A program made the position numbers and the translations under genes. The notes beneath the pieces are model-generated. The model was not told where the DNA came from, ran no database searches, and saw only the letters and a list, made by a program, of their open reading frames with translations. Of a DNA stretch of 64,000 bases, positions 9,358-18,039 are shown one piece after another (the stretch's first letter is position 1; every line of letters begins with the position of its first letter). The DNA is from an uncultured Candidatus Saccharibacteria bacterium (GTDB lineage: Bacteria > Patescibacteriota > Minisyncoccia > Phycocordibacterales > CSBR16-119), in the NCBI GenBank assembly GCA_964531475.1, contig CAZHCS010000001.1:112739-176738 (forward strand). The letters run 5' to 3'.

Positions 9358-10344
9358 TTAGCGCCTCTTCAAAACTTTTTTAACGGCGAGCTTGATATGG
9401 CTAACGTCCATACCATAGTGAGCAATGAGTTCATCCATCGTGCCTGATTGGCCGAATTGATCATGAACTCCGATAAATTCTTGGAAACAAGGCTTCGTCT
9501 GCGCCAACGCTTCGGCAACAGCGCTACCCATACCGCCAGCGATTTGATGCTCCTCTACCGTAACCACACGGCCTATTTTGCTGACGTAGTCTATCATGGC
9601 CATATCGAGTGGTTTTATGGTAGCAAGATGTATAACGACGGTCTGTATTCCCTCTTCAGAAAGCTCTTTAGCCGCCACAAGTGCGTTGTGTGTCAGTGCG
9701 CCGGTTGAAATGATAGCGACTTTCGGATCAGCTGATTTCCAGAATATCTGTGATTTGCCGATTTCAAAAGATGTGTCTTTGGTTGTGATAACTGGTGTTT
9801 TTTCGCGACCAAGGCGGATGTATACCGGGCCTTCGGACTGTGCGGCCCAAAGAGTCGCTTTCCTGGCTTCTTCGGCATCGCAAGGATTGATAACAGTCAT
9901 TCGCGGCAACATGCGCATGAGACCAATATCTTCAAGCGCTTGATGCGTCGCACCGTCAGGGCCGACCGAGACCCCGGCGTGACAGCCGGCAATTTTTACC
10001 GGGACGTTGTTTATACAGATCGTGGTACGGATCTGTTCATTGTTCCTGCCAGGAGAAAACGAAGCGTATGACATGATGAATGGAATCTTGCCGTAGTTCG
10101 CCATGCCCGATGCCACAGCCGCCAAATTCTGCTCGGCCACGCCCATCTCGACGTAGCGCTTTGGGAATTTTTCCTTGAACCAATGCGCGCGCGTAGACTC
10201 AGCGAGGTCCGCGCACACGGCAATGACTCGCTCATCTTTCTCGCCCGCTTCTACCAATCCATGCCCAAAACCGTCCCTGGTCGGAACTTTCTCGACGCCT
10301 GGAGAGAACAGCTTGTCGTTTAGTTTTGAATTGGCGTTGAGCAT
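9358..10344 (-). CDS. Transketolase, C-terminal (pyrimidine-binding) subunit
   Basis: EMGVAEQN, GPDGATHQALED, VTVEEHQIAGGMGS. Confidence 0.93.
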   Translation of the reverse strand: MLNANSKLNDKLFSPGVEKVPTRDGFGHGLVEAGEKDERVIAVCADLAESTRAHWFKEKFPKRYVEMGVAEQNLAAVASGMANYGKIPFIMSYASFSPGRNNEQIRTTICINNVPVKIAGCHAGVSVGPDGATHQALEDIGLMRMLPRMTVINPCDAEEARKATLWAAQSEGPVYIRLGREKTPVITTKDTSFEIGKSQIFWKSADPKVAIISTGALTHNALVAAKELSEEGIQTVVIHLATIKPLDMAMIDYVSKIGRVVTVEEHQIAGGMGSAVAEALAQTKPCFQEFIGVHDQFGQSGTMDELIAHYGMDVSHIKLAVKKVLKRR

Positions 10345-10345
10345 A

Positions 10346-10639
10346 TTATTTTAGGTTAAACAAAACTATCAACACAACTGCAATTGCAATTAAAAGCAGC
10401 GTGCCACTTCGCCTCTTTAGGAATTTAGACAGGTATCCTTGCTCTTCGAGACTTTTGGAACCAAACATAAAGAAAACTATTCCAAACACTGGCCCCCAAA
10501 TTAACAGAACAATGGCGGCATCAGATTTTGGAAATGCAGATTGACCCATCATCCAAAGGATCAAAAGCCTAAGACTATTTAGAAGCAGTAAAACCCCAAT
10601 CGTTATTATAAAATAGTTTGTAAGGTTTCCTTTTTTCAT
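10346..10639 (-). CDS. Small membrane protein (about 3 TM) between transketolase halves
   Basis: Hydrophobic 97-aa AT-rich ORF with 1-3 nt gaps to both neighbours. Confidence 0.7.
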   Translation of the reverse strand: MKKGNLTNYFIITIGVLLLLNSLRLLILWMMGQSAFPKSDAAIVLLIWGPVFGIVFFMFGSKSLEEQGYLSKFLKRRSGTLLLIAIAVVLIVLFNLK

Positions 10640-10642
10640 AAT

Positions 10643-11506
10643 TTATTCACTATGACCTCCTTCTATTTTACCTTTCATCGTCCGTAATTCCTTCAACCAC
10701 TTTTGCTCTTGTTCCTTGTTCGGCGGGGTGCCGTGCCATTTGTAGTCGTACTCGATTTCGCTGATGCCTTTGCCGGCAATAGTGCGCGCAATGATGACTG
10801 TCGGCTTCTCGACGATCGCTTTCGCCTGTTCTACCGCGTCGACAATCGCTTCCATATTGTGGCCATCGATCTCGAGCACATGCCAGCCAAATGCACGCCA
10901 TTTATCTGCAAGTGGCTCGAGCGGCATGATGTCTTCGGTCATACCGTTGATCTGTATATTGTTGCGGTCGATCACGGCAGTCAGGTTCGAGAGCTTGTTC
11001 GCGCCGGCGAACATTGCCGCTTCCCAACTATTCCCAGCATCGAGCTCGCCGTCAGACAGGAAGCAATACGTGCGGAATTTTTTGCCGTCCATACGCGCAG
11101 CAAGTGCGTATCCGGCGGCTTGCGAAAGGCCAGAACCGAGTGGGCCAGAAGTAGACTCAAGTCCCGGCAATTTCTCGCGTTCCGGATGCCCCTGGAGCCG
11201 TGAGCAGAACTTACGCAGCGTAGAGAGCTCCTTGAGCGGGAAATACCCGGCATGAGCCATTGTGGCGTATCTGACAGGCACGATATGGCCGTTTGAGAGA
11301 AAGAGCCTGTCACGCTCGTCCCAATCTGGCCGCTTCGGATCGTGCTTCAAGATATGGAAATAAAACGCTGTGAAAATATCCGCCATATCGAGCGGCCCGG
11401 CCGTATGTCCCGAACCGGCGTCTTCGAGCATATCGATAATGCTTTGGCGAATGTCATTCGCCTGTAGCTCGAGCATTTTCTCTTTTCCGGGGTTTAGATT
11501 AGGCAT
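10643..11506 (-). CDS. Transketolase, N-terminal (TPP-binding) subunit
   Basis: SGHTAG, RDRLFLSNGH, LQGHP, SDGELDAG...DRNNIQ. Confidence 0.93.
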   Translation of the reverse strand: MPNLNPGKEKMLELQANDIRQSIIDMLEDAGSGHTAGPLDMADIFTAFYFHILKHDPKRPDWDERDRLFLSNGHIVPVRYATMAHAGYFPLKELSTLRKFCSRLQGHPEREKLPGLESTSGPLGSGLSQAAGYALAARMDGKKFRTYCFLSDGELDAGNSWEAAMFAGANKLSNLTAVIDRNNIQINGMTEDIMPLEPLADKWRAFGWHVLEIDGHNMEAIVDAVEQAKAIVEKPTVIIARTIAGKGISEIEYDYKWHGTPPNKEQEQKWLKELRTMKGKIEGGHSE

Positions 11507-12176
11507 TTGAAACTCGTTTAAAATCTTCTATTGCAATCTCGGGAGCGTTCGCGCCGAATATCCCTGAGCCGGAGACGAGACGATTCGCGCCGGCGAGGGC
11601 GAGTTCACGCGCGGTTTCAAGGTTTACTCCGCCATCAATAGAAATTATAGCACCTGGCTTTATTTCGCGGACATGACGAACCTGATCAAGTACACGCGGA
11701 TCGAATGGTTGACCCTGGTAGCCGATATTTTCTATACCCATAAGCTGCACAAACGCAGCTTTGCGGATTATTTCACGCCAATTTTCGAGATTATCCGTCG
11801 TTAGAAACGCAATCCCCCACTCAGCGCCAATCTTTTCAATCTCATTTTCAAAAACTTCCCTATCTTCAATCGAATTGGCATGTATTATGAGCCGTGACGC
11901 GCCAAGCTTTACGAATTTTCGTAAGTCCGCTTCTGGTCCGCGTACCATCAGATCAAATTCGTATTTTACTTTGTCGCTAAATGGCAAACGAATCTCGCCG
12001 TCGATTAATTCTTTGACACTCTGTTGATCCTTCGGGAAAAACGGCCACGATTTCGCCTCGACGAATTGCCCGTCCATTAGGTCGAGCTGCACCCACTCGA
12101 CGTGCAAAGCGACCTTCTCGGTATGTTCGCCGATATCGTGAAAGCTTTTCGGCATGATAGCCGGGATAATTTGCAT
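11499..12176 (-). CDS. rpe: Ribulose-phosphate 3-epimerase
   Basis: QLDLMDGQFV, GYQGQPF, SIDGGVN, LVSGSGIF; pentose phosphate context. Confidence 0.85.
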   Translation of the reverse strand: MQIIPAIMPKSFHDIGEHTEKVALHVEWVQLDLMDGQFVEAKSWPFFPKDQQSVKELIDGEIRLPFSDKVKYEFDLMVRGPEADLRKFVKLGASRLIIHANSIEDREVFENEIEKIGAEWGIAFLTTDNLENWREIIRKAAFVQLMGIENIGYQGQPFDPRVLDQVRHVREIKPGAIISIDGGVNLETARELALAGANRLVSGSGIFGANAPEIAIEDFKRVSNA

Positions 12177-12195
12177 ACTTCTATTCTATCATTTT

Positions 12196-12225
12196 CTATC
12201 CACTAGAAGCTAACCACTAGCCACT
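12196..12225. repeat. Heptamer (CTAnnnn)4 array
   Basis: CTATCCA CTAGAAG CTAACCA CTAGCCA CT. Confidence 0.65.
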
Positions 12226-12227
12226 CA

Positions 12228-13220
12228 TTAAAATCCTTGATCCGCGCGACATTCTTCTTGGAGTCTTTTGGTGAAAACATTTTGCGCTTCTTCGAAATTA
12301 TCAGGATTGCCGTCCCAGGCAATGAGTGCGTCGTTTTGTAGTGCGCGTGAGTATGAAAAAGCTATCTGCCACGGCAATGGTTCGAGTTTTGCCATTTCTC
12401 GCAGGTTGTCTGTCGCCTCTTTCGGACTTTGTCCACCCGATAGGAAAACCACGCCAGCTGTTTGCCTAGGCACTATCGCCTTTAAGACATCTGTCGTGTG
12501 CTTTGCAACCGTTGGCGCGTCAGCTCTCGACTCGTTCTGTGAACCAGAAATAACCATACTTGTTTTCAATATGAGCCCTTCGAGAGAAACGAAATACTTC
12601 GGTAGTTCTTCGAACAAAATAGTAAGCACGCGATGCGTTACCTCGCGAGATTTCTCGATAGAGTGCGGTCCATCGAGTAGAACTTCTGGCTCAACTATCG
12701 GGACAATGGATTCATCCTGACAAGCCTTGGCATAACGCGCGAGAATCTTGGCATTTTCACGAATACATTCGTCAGTCGGAGTCGTAGCAGAGATTTTGAA
12801 CGCCGCACGCCATTTAGCAAACGAAGCGCCCATAGCGCGATACTCGGCAAGTCTGCCCGGCAAACCGTTTAGACCCTGGGTAATAGTTTCCTCTGGAGAG
12901 CCTGGCATAGGGACCAAGCCTTCGTCGACTTTGATCCCGATAAGCACGCCGTGCTGCTCCATGTATTTTGTAAACGGTACTCCGTCAGATGTTGATTGCC
13001 TTAGAGTTTCGTCATAAAGAATAATGCCGGTGACGTAGTCTTCGAGATGAGGAGTAGTAATGAGAAGTTCTCGCCAAAGCCTACGCATGCCTTCGGTTTC
13101 GGGAATGCCAAGCGCGTTGAAACGTTTGTTACATGTCGCATTGCTTTCGTCCGCAGCCAAAATACCTTTTTTGGGCTCGACAAGTCTATTAGCGATAGTG
13201 TGAAGCTTTTGGATATCCAT
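12228..13220 (-). CDS. Fructose-bisphosphate aldolase class I
   Basis: KGILAADES, FAKWRA, VPIVEPEV, FLSGGQS, FSYSRALQ. Confidence 0.95.
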   Translation of the reverse strand: MDIQKLHTIANRLVEPKKGILAADESNATCNKRFNALGIPETEGMRRLWRELLITTPHLEDYVTGIILYDETLRQSTSDGVPFTKYMEQHGVLIGIKVDEGLVPMPGSPEETITQGLNGLPGRLAEYRAMGASFAKWRAAFKISATTPTDECIRENAKILARYAKACQDESIVPIVEPEVLLDGPHSIEKSREVTHRVLTILFEELPKYFVSLEGLILKTSMVISGSQNESRADAPTVAKHTTDVLKAIVPRQTAGVVFLSGGQSPKEATDNLREMAKLEPLPWQIAFSYSRALQNDALIAWDGNPDNFEEAQNVFTKRLQEECRADQGF

Positions 13221-13227
13221 GAGGGTA

Positions 13228-13296
13228 AGTTTATAGTTTTTAGGTTATAGTTTATAGTAAAAAATCTATGCACTATAAACTATAACCTATGCACTC
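13228..13296. repeat. Inverted pair of heptamer arrays with no gene between them
   Basis: TTTATAG TTTTTAG GTTATAG TTTATAG - 8 nt - CTATGCA CTATAAA CTATAAC CTATGCA. Confidence 0.8.
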
Positions 13297-13297
13297 G

Positions 13298-13741
13298 CTA
13301 ATTATCTAATTTCATTATCCTCCTATTGTGTCGTTCATCTCCGGAAAATTTTGTGGAAAGAAATAGATCAACGGCGGCTTTCGCTTCTTGTTCTGAAATA
13401 AATCGTGCACCGAGCGAGAGAATATTCGCATCATTGTGCTCGCGTGCGAGCTTGATGATTTCTTCTGGTCCGCCGTAGTAGACCGCAGCACGAACACCGA
13501 AAAGCCTGTTAGCCTCTACGGCTTCACCCGTTCCAGTTCCACCGATAACAATACCGAAGGCGTTGGAATCAGTTTCTGCCACCCCTTCGGCAACAAGCGC
13601 GACGAAGTCTGGATAATCGTCTGTCGGATCAAAATGCTCCGGACCCTTGTCCACGACCTCGTGTCCCATAAGCCCAAGATGGCTCACGAGCACTTTCTTC
13701 ATTTCAAAACCGGCGTGATCGCTTGCGATGTAGATTTTCAT
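13298..13741 (-). CDS. rpiB: Ribose-5-phosphate isomerase B (RpiB/LacA/LacB family)
   Basis: IASDHAGF, DYPD, AREHNDANILSLG, RHNRRI. Confidence 0.92.
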   Translation of the reverse strand: MKIYIASDHAGFEMKKVLVSHLGLMGHEVVDKGPEHFDPTDDYPDFVALVAEGVAETDSNAFGIVIGGTGTGEAVEANRLFGVRAAVYYGGPEEIIKLAREHNDANILSLGARFISEQEAKAAVDLFLSTKFSGDERHNRRIMKLDN

Positions 13742-13775
13742 GTTTAGTTTATAGTTTTTAGCTTATAGTGTATAG
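13741..13775. repeat. Heptamer array, left flank of four-helix-bundle gene
   Basis: TGTTTAG TTTATAG TTTTTAG CTTATAG TGTATAG. Confidence 0.8.
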
Positions 13776-13779
13776 AGTA

Positions 13780-14136
13780 TTATTTCAGTTTCTGTCTCAT
13801 TGAGTTTAACATTTTCATTACTTCTGCCAATAGCTTCTCTGCAATTGAAGTATCAATGTTTTTACCGAATGGAAGATTTCTCAGCAAAATTAGTTGAGTC
13901 TCTAGTTCTGCACTTGACCCGTAGGCTATTGTAATAAAATTACAAAAATCCTTTCTTGTCCCTCGTTTACTACCTTCAGCAATATTGGACGGAATTGAAA
14001 CTGCGCATCTGTTCATCTGGGAAGAGAGTCCGAATTTCTCTGATTGTGGTAGCTGAGACGTGATCTCGTATACCTTAATTGCCAACTCCATACTCTTCTG
14101 CCAAACGACCAGGTCTTTGTTGGAATCCAAGCCCAT
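13780..14136 (-). CDS. Four helix bundle protein (23S rRNA-IVP-like family)
   Basis: KDLVVWQKS, EKFGLSSQMNRCAVSIPSNIAEG, AYGSSAELETQL. Confidence 0.93.
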   Translation of the reverse strand: MGLDSNKDLVVWQKSMELAIKVYEITSQLPQSEKFGLSSQMNRCAVSIPSNIAEGSKRGTRKDFCNFITIAYGSSAELETQLILLRNLPFGKNIDTSIAEKLLAEVMKMLNSMRQKLK

Positions 14137-14145
14137 ATTCGTCGT

Positions 14146-14175
14146 CTATAAACTATGCACTAAAAACTATAAGCT
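14146..14175. repeat. Heptamer array, right flank (inverted); supplies the gap stop codon
   Basis: CTATAAA CTATGCA CTAAAAA CTATAAG CT. Confidence 0.8.
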
Positions 14176-15201
14176 CGTCGCTGTCTTCAGTACGTGCTGA
14201 AGCAGCGTCGCCGTATACCCCATCTCGTTGTCGTACCAAGCCATAACTTTGACCAGGTTGCCGCCAACGACGCGCGTCATCTCTAGGTCGACAATGCTCG
14301 GGATCGTCACGCCGATAATGTCTGAGGAAACGATCGGCTCGTCAGTTGCAGTCAGAAGTCCTACCCAACGCGGATCTTTCGAAGCGGTAACGAGAATCTT
14401 GTTAACCTCTTCAACCGTCGTTGGTCTCTTGGAAATGAACGTCACGTCGACAAGCGAGCCGACTGGCACCGGCACGCGAATGGAAATGCCGTCGAAAAGT
14501 CCGGTTAGCGCAGGGAAAGCTTTGGTCACCGCTATCGCCGCGCCCGTAGAACTTGGGACAATATTTTCCGCCGCAGCCCTGCCCTCTCGCAAATCTTTTT
14601 TAGACGGTCCATCAACGAGCGCCTGCGACGCCGTGTATCCGTGAACGGTGGAGAGGATTGCCTTTTCAATACCGAGAGATTCGTGCAAAACGCCAATAAG
14701 TGGCGACGCGGCATTCGTCGTGCATGAAGCATTGGACGTAATATCACATGTGCCGAATTTGTCTTCGTTAACGCCAAGAAGAATCGTTTCGCCAGGTACT
14801 GTTCCGTCAGAGTCTTTCGCTGGCGCGGAAATGACAACCTTCTTCGCACCCTGGTCGAGATGGAATTTGGCCTTCTCAAACGAAGTAAAAAGTCCCGTTG
14901 ATTCTACGACAACGTCGATATTTAAATCTTTCCATGGAAGTCCTGCGGGGTCTTTGGAAGAAACAAATTTCGTCTCGAGCTTTTTAGCACCATCAGAAAC
15001 GACAAGGTTACCGGAACTAAAATCCACAGAAAAAGGCGCACGACCATACACTGTGTCGTATTTGAGGAGATACGCGAGACTTTCTATAGTGCCAAGGTCG
15101 TTCACAGCCACGACTTCTATATCGTCGCGCTCCCAGGCCATCTTATAAAAAGCTCGCCCAATGCGACCAAAACCGTTTATGGCAACACGTACTTTTTGCA
15201 T
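14167..15201 (-). CDS. gap: Type I glyceraldehyde-3-phosphate dehydrogenase
   Basis: INGFGRIGR, SNASCTTN, WYDNEMGY. Confidence 0.96.
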   Translation of the reverse strand: MQKVRVAINGFGRIGRAFYKMAWERDDIEVVAVNDLGTIESLAYLLKYDTVYGRAPFSVDFSSGNLVVSDGAKKLETKFVSSKDPAGLPWKDLNIDVVVESTGLFTSFEKAKFHLDQGAKKVVISAPAKDSDGTVPGETILLGVNEDKFGTCDITSNASCTTNAASPLIGVLHESLGIEKAILSTVHGYTASQALVDGPSKKDLREGRAAAENIVPSSTGAAIAVTKAFPALTGLFDGISIRVPVPVGSLVDVTFISKRPTTVEEVNKILVTASKDPRWVGLLTATDEPIVSSDIIGVTIPSIVDLEMTRVVGGNLVKVMAWYDNEMGYTATLLQHVLKTATSL

Positions 15202-15258
15202 GAAGATATTTTATCACCACATACTGAAAATACCTCAACAAGTATTTGTCTTATCCAC

Positions 15259-15287
15259 AACTGGTCGAGGTCGGACCTCGACCAGTT
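15259..15287 (+). repeat. REP-1 palindrome upstream of transposase 1
   Basis: AACTGGTCGAGGT-cgg-ACCTCGACCAGTT, 13-bp stem. Confidence 0.9.
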
Positions 15288-15302
15288 TGTTAAAATTAAT
15301 CT

Positions 15303-15920
15303 ATGACTCGAAAAGATTCCTTTACGACCGGTTATCATTATCACGTTTATAATCGTGGTGTCGATAAAAGAAACATTTTCAAAAGCAAATCTGATTATGC
15401 TCGATTTTTAGACATACTCGAGCGTTTCAATAGTTCCCTAGCTGCAAATAATACGTCACGTGATTCAGTTCGCAAGAGAAAAGAAGACCTATCGTTAGTC
15501 AAAATTCACGCACATTGCTTAATGCCGAATCATTACCATCTTATTTTGGAGCAGCTTGTAGACAATGGGATTTCAAAATTTCTTCAAAAAGTAATGACGG
15601 GCTATACGATGTATTTCAATTTGAAACACGAACGATCAGGCGTTTTATTCCAAGGCAAGACAAAATCAAAACTTATACTAGAGGACGACTATCTCCGTTG
15701 GCTTAAGCAGTACATTGCACTCAATCCACTCGATCTCCATACACCAAATTGGAAAGAAAATGGAATTCAAGATCATAAAAGTGCAATCAATTTTTTGAAA
15801 GATTACGCTTATAGAAGCGAATACGATTATAACGATTGCGACCTTAACGGCTTTATTAAAGAATTACAAGAAGACAACTGGTCGAGGTCCGACCTCGACC
15901 AGGTGCGCGTTGAGAAATAA
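15303..15920 (+). mobile_element. REP-associated HUH tyrosine transposase (RAYT / IS200-like Y1)
   Basis: YHVYNRGVDKRNIF, CLMPNHYHLIL (HUH), RSGVLFQG, YIALNP; flanked by REP-1 copies. Confidence 0.9.
15878..15902 (-). repeat. REP-1 palindrome in 3' end of transposase 1 (inverted orientation)
   Basis: CTGGTCGAGGT-ccg-ACCTCGACCAG. Confidence 0.9.
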
Positions 15921-15980
15921 ATTGGTGGAAAAGCAAAGCGCCCCGTCGAAACAGGGCGCCAAGATGCTATTAGCTCATGC

Positions 15981-16463
15981 CTACGGCAGGTAGTACTTGA
16001 GATCCGAGTACCCGCCATCACTATCAGGATTAGCTTCCCACCCGAAGTCTTTCACCAGATGGTCTCTGAGCAGCTGTGCCATGGCAGCAAGTGCCTTTTT
16101 CCATTCAGGGTATTTCGTTTCAGAGTCCCTGAAGTCCACATAGTGAACACCGTCGGTGATACCGAGGATGCAATGATAGCGCTCTCCCTCATTGGGATAC
16201 AGGTTGATTCTCAACCCGATCAGATCTACGTCTTTGTTAATATCGAAAACGTACCTGGTCAATATTGTCATTCCAGGATATTCGTCACTAAGTCTTGCCC
16301 CCTTGGCATTGTTTGAATGACCATCAAGATCAAGAATTGCCTCTGGGGGCAAGACCTCTAGCCTGACACCCTTGTTCTCTGAGTTATGAACGTCCCACCG
16401 CTGAAAAGCGTCTGCCAACTCCTCAACGAGAACTCGAGCGATCTTATACTGGAGCATGTCCAT
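15981..16463 (-). CDS. Hypothetical protein (stand-alone gene)
   Basis: 160 aa; TTGACA-17-TATAAA at 16520-16548; hairpin at about 15937-15960. Confidence 0.7.
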   Translation of the reverse strand: MDMLQYKIARVLVEELADAFQRWDVHNSENKGVRLEVLPPEAILDLDGHSNNAKGARLSDEYPGMTILTRYVFDINKDVDLIGLRINLYPNEGERYHCILGITDGVHYVDFRDSETKYPEWKKALAAMAQLLRDHLVKDFGWEANPDSDGGYSDLKYYLP

Positions 16464-16537
16464 TTTGCAATTGTGTTGTGCCCTTTTCAGGAGCTGGTTT
16501 GTACTTTTTGTGTCGGTAATTTTATAGCATTTTATTA

Positions 16538-17962
16538 CTATTTTGTCAATATTTCCTGGAGTATCTTCAAGGCAAGCTGCGGATTGGCGCTTCCCTTAGA
16601 CTCACGCATAAACTGCCCGACGAGGAATTGGATGGATTTTTCGTTACCGGATTTGTAGTCTAGGGCGACTTTCGGATTGGCGACGATGATGGCTTCGGCG
16701 GTGGCCTTGAGTTTACCTTCGTCGAATTCTTGAATGAGGCCGTGCTCTTTGGCGAAAGTCTCTGGATCGATATCAGCTTTTACGATTTCCGCGATAAGGT
16801 CTTTGGCTCCACGAGAGCTTAGTTTATTGTCGCCGAGCATCTGCATGATTTTCGCAAAGCTTTCTGGTTTCGGGAATTTAAAATCTGCGCCAGCAATCTT
16901 TCGAAGACCATTTAAATCAGACAAAATATAGTTCACTGCTGGTCGAGGTCCGACCTCGACCAGGATTGCTTCGAGAAATTGGATTAATTCAAAATCTGAA
17001 ACGAGAATCTCAACATCCTCATCTTTAATGCCAAGCGCCTTCAGCCTCTCACGCTTCGCAGACGGAAGTTCTGGCAATTCCGCTCGCATCTTTTCAAGAT
17101 CAAACATCTCATGCAAGTACATCTTCGGAATATCTGGTTCCGGGAAGTAACGATAGTCGTGAGAATCTTCTTTCTTCCTTTGTGAAAATGTCGATTGTTT
17201 GTTTTCGTCCCATCCGCGCGTTTCTTGGATAATCTCGCTTCCCTTGCCAGCTTCAAGAAGCGCAATGTGGCGCTTGATCTCGTACTCGGCCGCTTTTTCG
17301 ACAGCTTTGAAAGAGTTTATGTTTTTGACTTCGACTTTTGTGCCAAATTTGTCCGTATCAGAAACAGACAAGTTCAGCTCTACACGCATTTCACCCTTTT
17401 CCATGTTCGCATCAGACACACCGAGGGTTCGGAGAAGTAATTGGAGTTCGCGTCCGAAGTCACCCGCTTCTTTGGCGCTATGAATTACTGGTTCGGTAAC
17501 GAGTTCCATGAGTGGCACACCAGCGCGATTGTAGTCGATGAGCGAAAAGCCCGCCCCGACCGAAGCGTCGGGGTCGCCATCCCTGTGTTTGTTGTTCGCG
17601 GTATCTTCTTCGAGATGCACGCGCGTTACAGCGACACCATTGAGTTTTCCACCAGAAACGATCGGATATTTGTATTGAGAAATTTGGTAGCCTTTCGGGA
17701 TATCCGGATAGAAATAGTTCTTGCGGTCAAATTCGGTGAAGTTCGCGATGTTGGCACCGAGCGCGAGGCCGACTTTGACCACGCTCTCGACGGCTTTCAT
17801 ATTCGGCACAGGCAAAGTTCCTGGATGCGCCATACATACGGGACAAACATTGACGTTTGGCTTTTCCTCGTCGGGATTATTCCGGCACGCGCAAAACATC
17901 TTGGTAGTTGTTTTCAACTCCGCGTGAATTTCTAACCCAATTGTGACTTTGTAATCTTTCAT
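16538..17962 (-). CDS. gatB: Asp/Glu-tRNA amidotransferase subunit B
   Basis: IGLEIHAEL, FDRKNYFYPD, DYNRAGVPLMELVTEP, DYRYFPEPD. Confidence 0.97.
   Translation of the reverse strand: MKDYKVTIGLEIHAELKTTTKMFCACRNNPDEEKPNVNVCPVCMAHPGTLPVPNMKAVESVVKVGLALGANIANFTEFDRKNYFYPDIPKGYQISQYKYPIVSGGKLNGVAVTRVHLEEDTANNKHRDGDPDASVGAGFSLIDYNRAGVPLMELVTEPVIHSAKEAGDFGRELQLLLRTLGVSDANMEKGEMRVELNLSVSDTDKFGTKVEVKNINSFKAVEKAAEYEIKRHIALLEAGKGSEIIQETRGWDENKQSTFSQRKKEDSHDYRYFPEPDIPKMYLHEMFDLEKMRAELPELPSAKRERLKALGIKDEDVEILVSDFELIQFLEAILVEVGPRPAVNYILSDLNGLRKIAGADFKFPKPESFAKIMQMLGDNKLSSRGAKDLIAEIVKADIDPETFAKEHGLIQEFDEGKLKATAEAIIVANPKVALDYKSGNEKSIQFLVGQFMRESKGSANPQLALKILQEILTK
16939..16963. repeat. REP-1 copy inside gatB reading frame
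   Basis: Exact CTGGTCGAGGTCCGACCTCGACCAG, read on the minus strand as LVEVGPRP. Confidence 0.9.
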
Positions 17963-18039
17963 AGGCGTGCTTGTCCGTCCGTAGCTTTAGCGAAGGAGGA
18001 AATCTCGAGGCCGATGGTAACCTTGTACTTCGGATTCAT
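17959..18039 (-). pseudogene. Duplicate gatB 5' remnant interrupted by a palindromic insert (26-aa mini-ORF)
   Basis: MNPKYKVTIGLEI-SSFAKATDGQARL*; compare gatB MKDYKVTIGLEIHA; the stop overlaps the gatB ATG (ATGA). Confidence 0.8.

Noticed and set aside
13780-14136. Four-helix-bundle gene as Avd of a diversity-generating retroelement
   Set aside because: No reverse transcriptase and no template/variable repeat pair seen in the window.
13228-14175. Heptamer arrays or REP copies as CRISPR
   Set aside because: No repeat-spacer periodicity and no cas genes.
15251-15259. Perfect DnaA box TTATCCACA as a sign of oriC
   Set aside because: Single box in a 100-bp intergenic region; no cluster, no unwinding element and no dnaA nearby.
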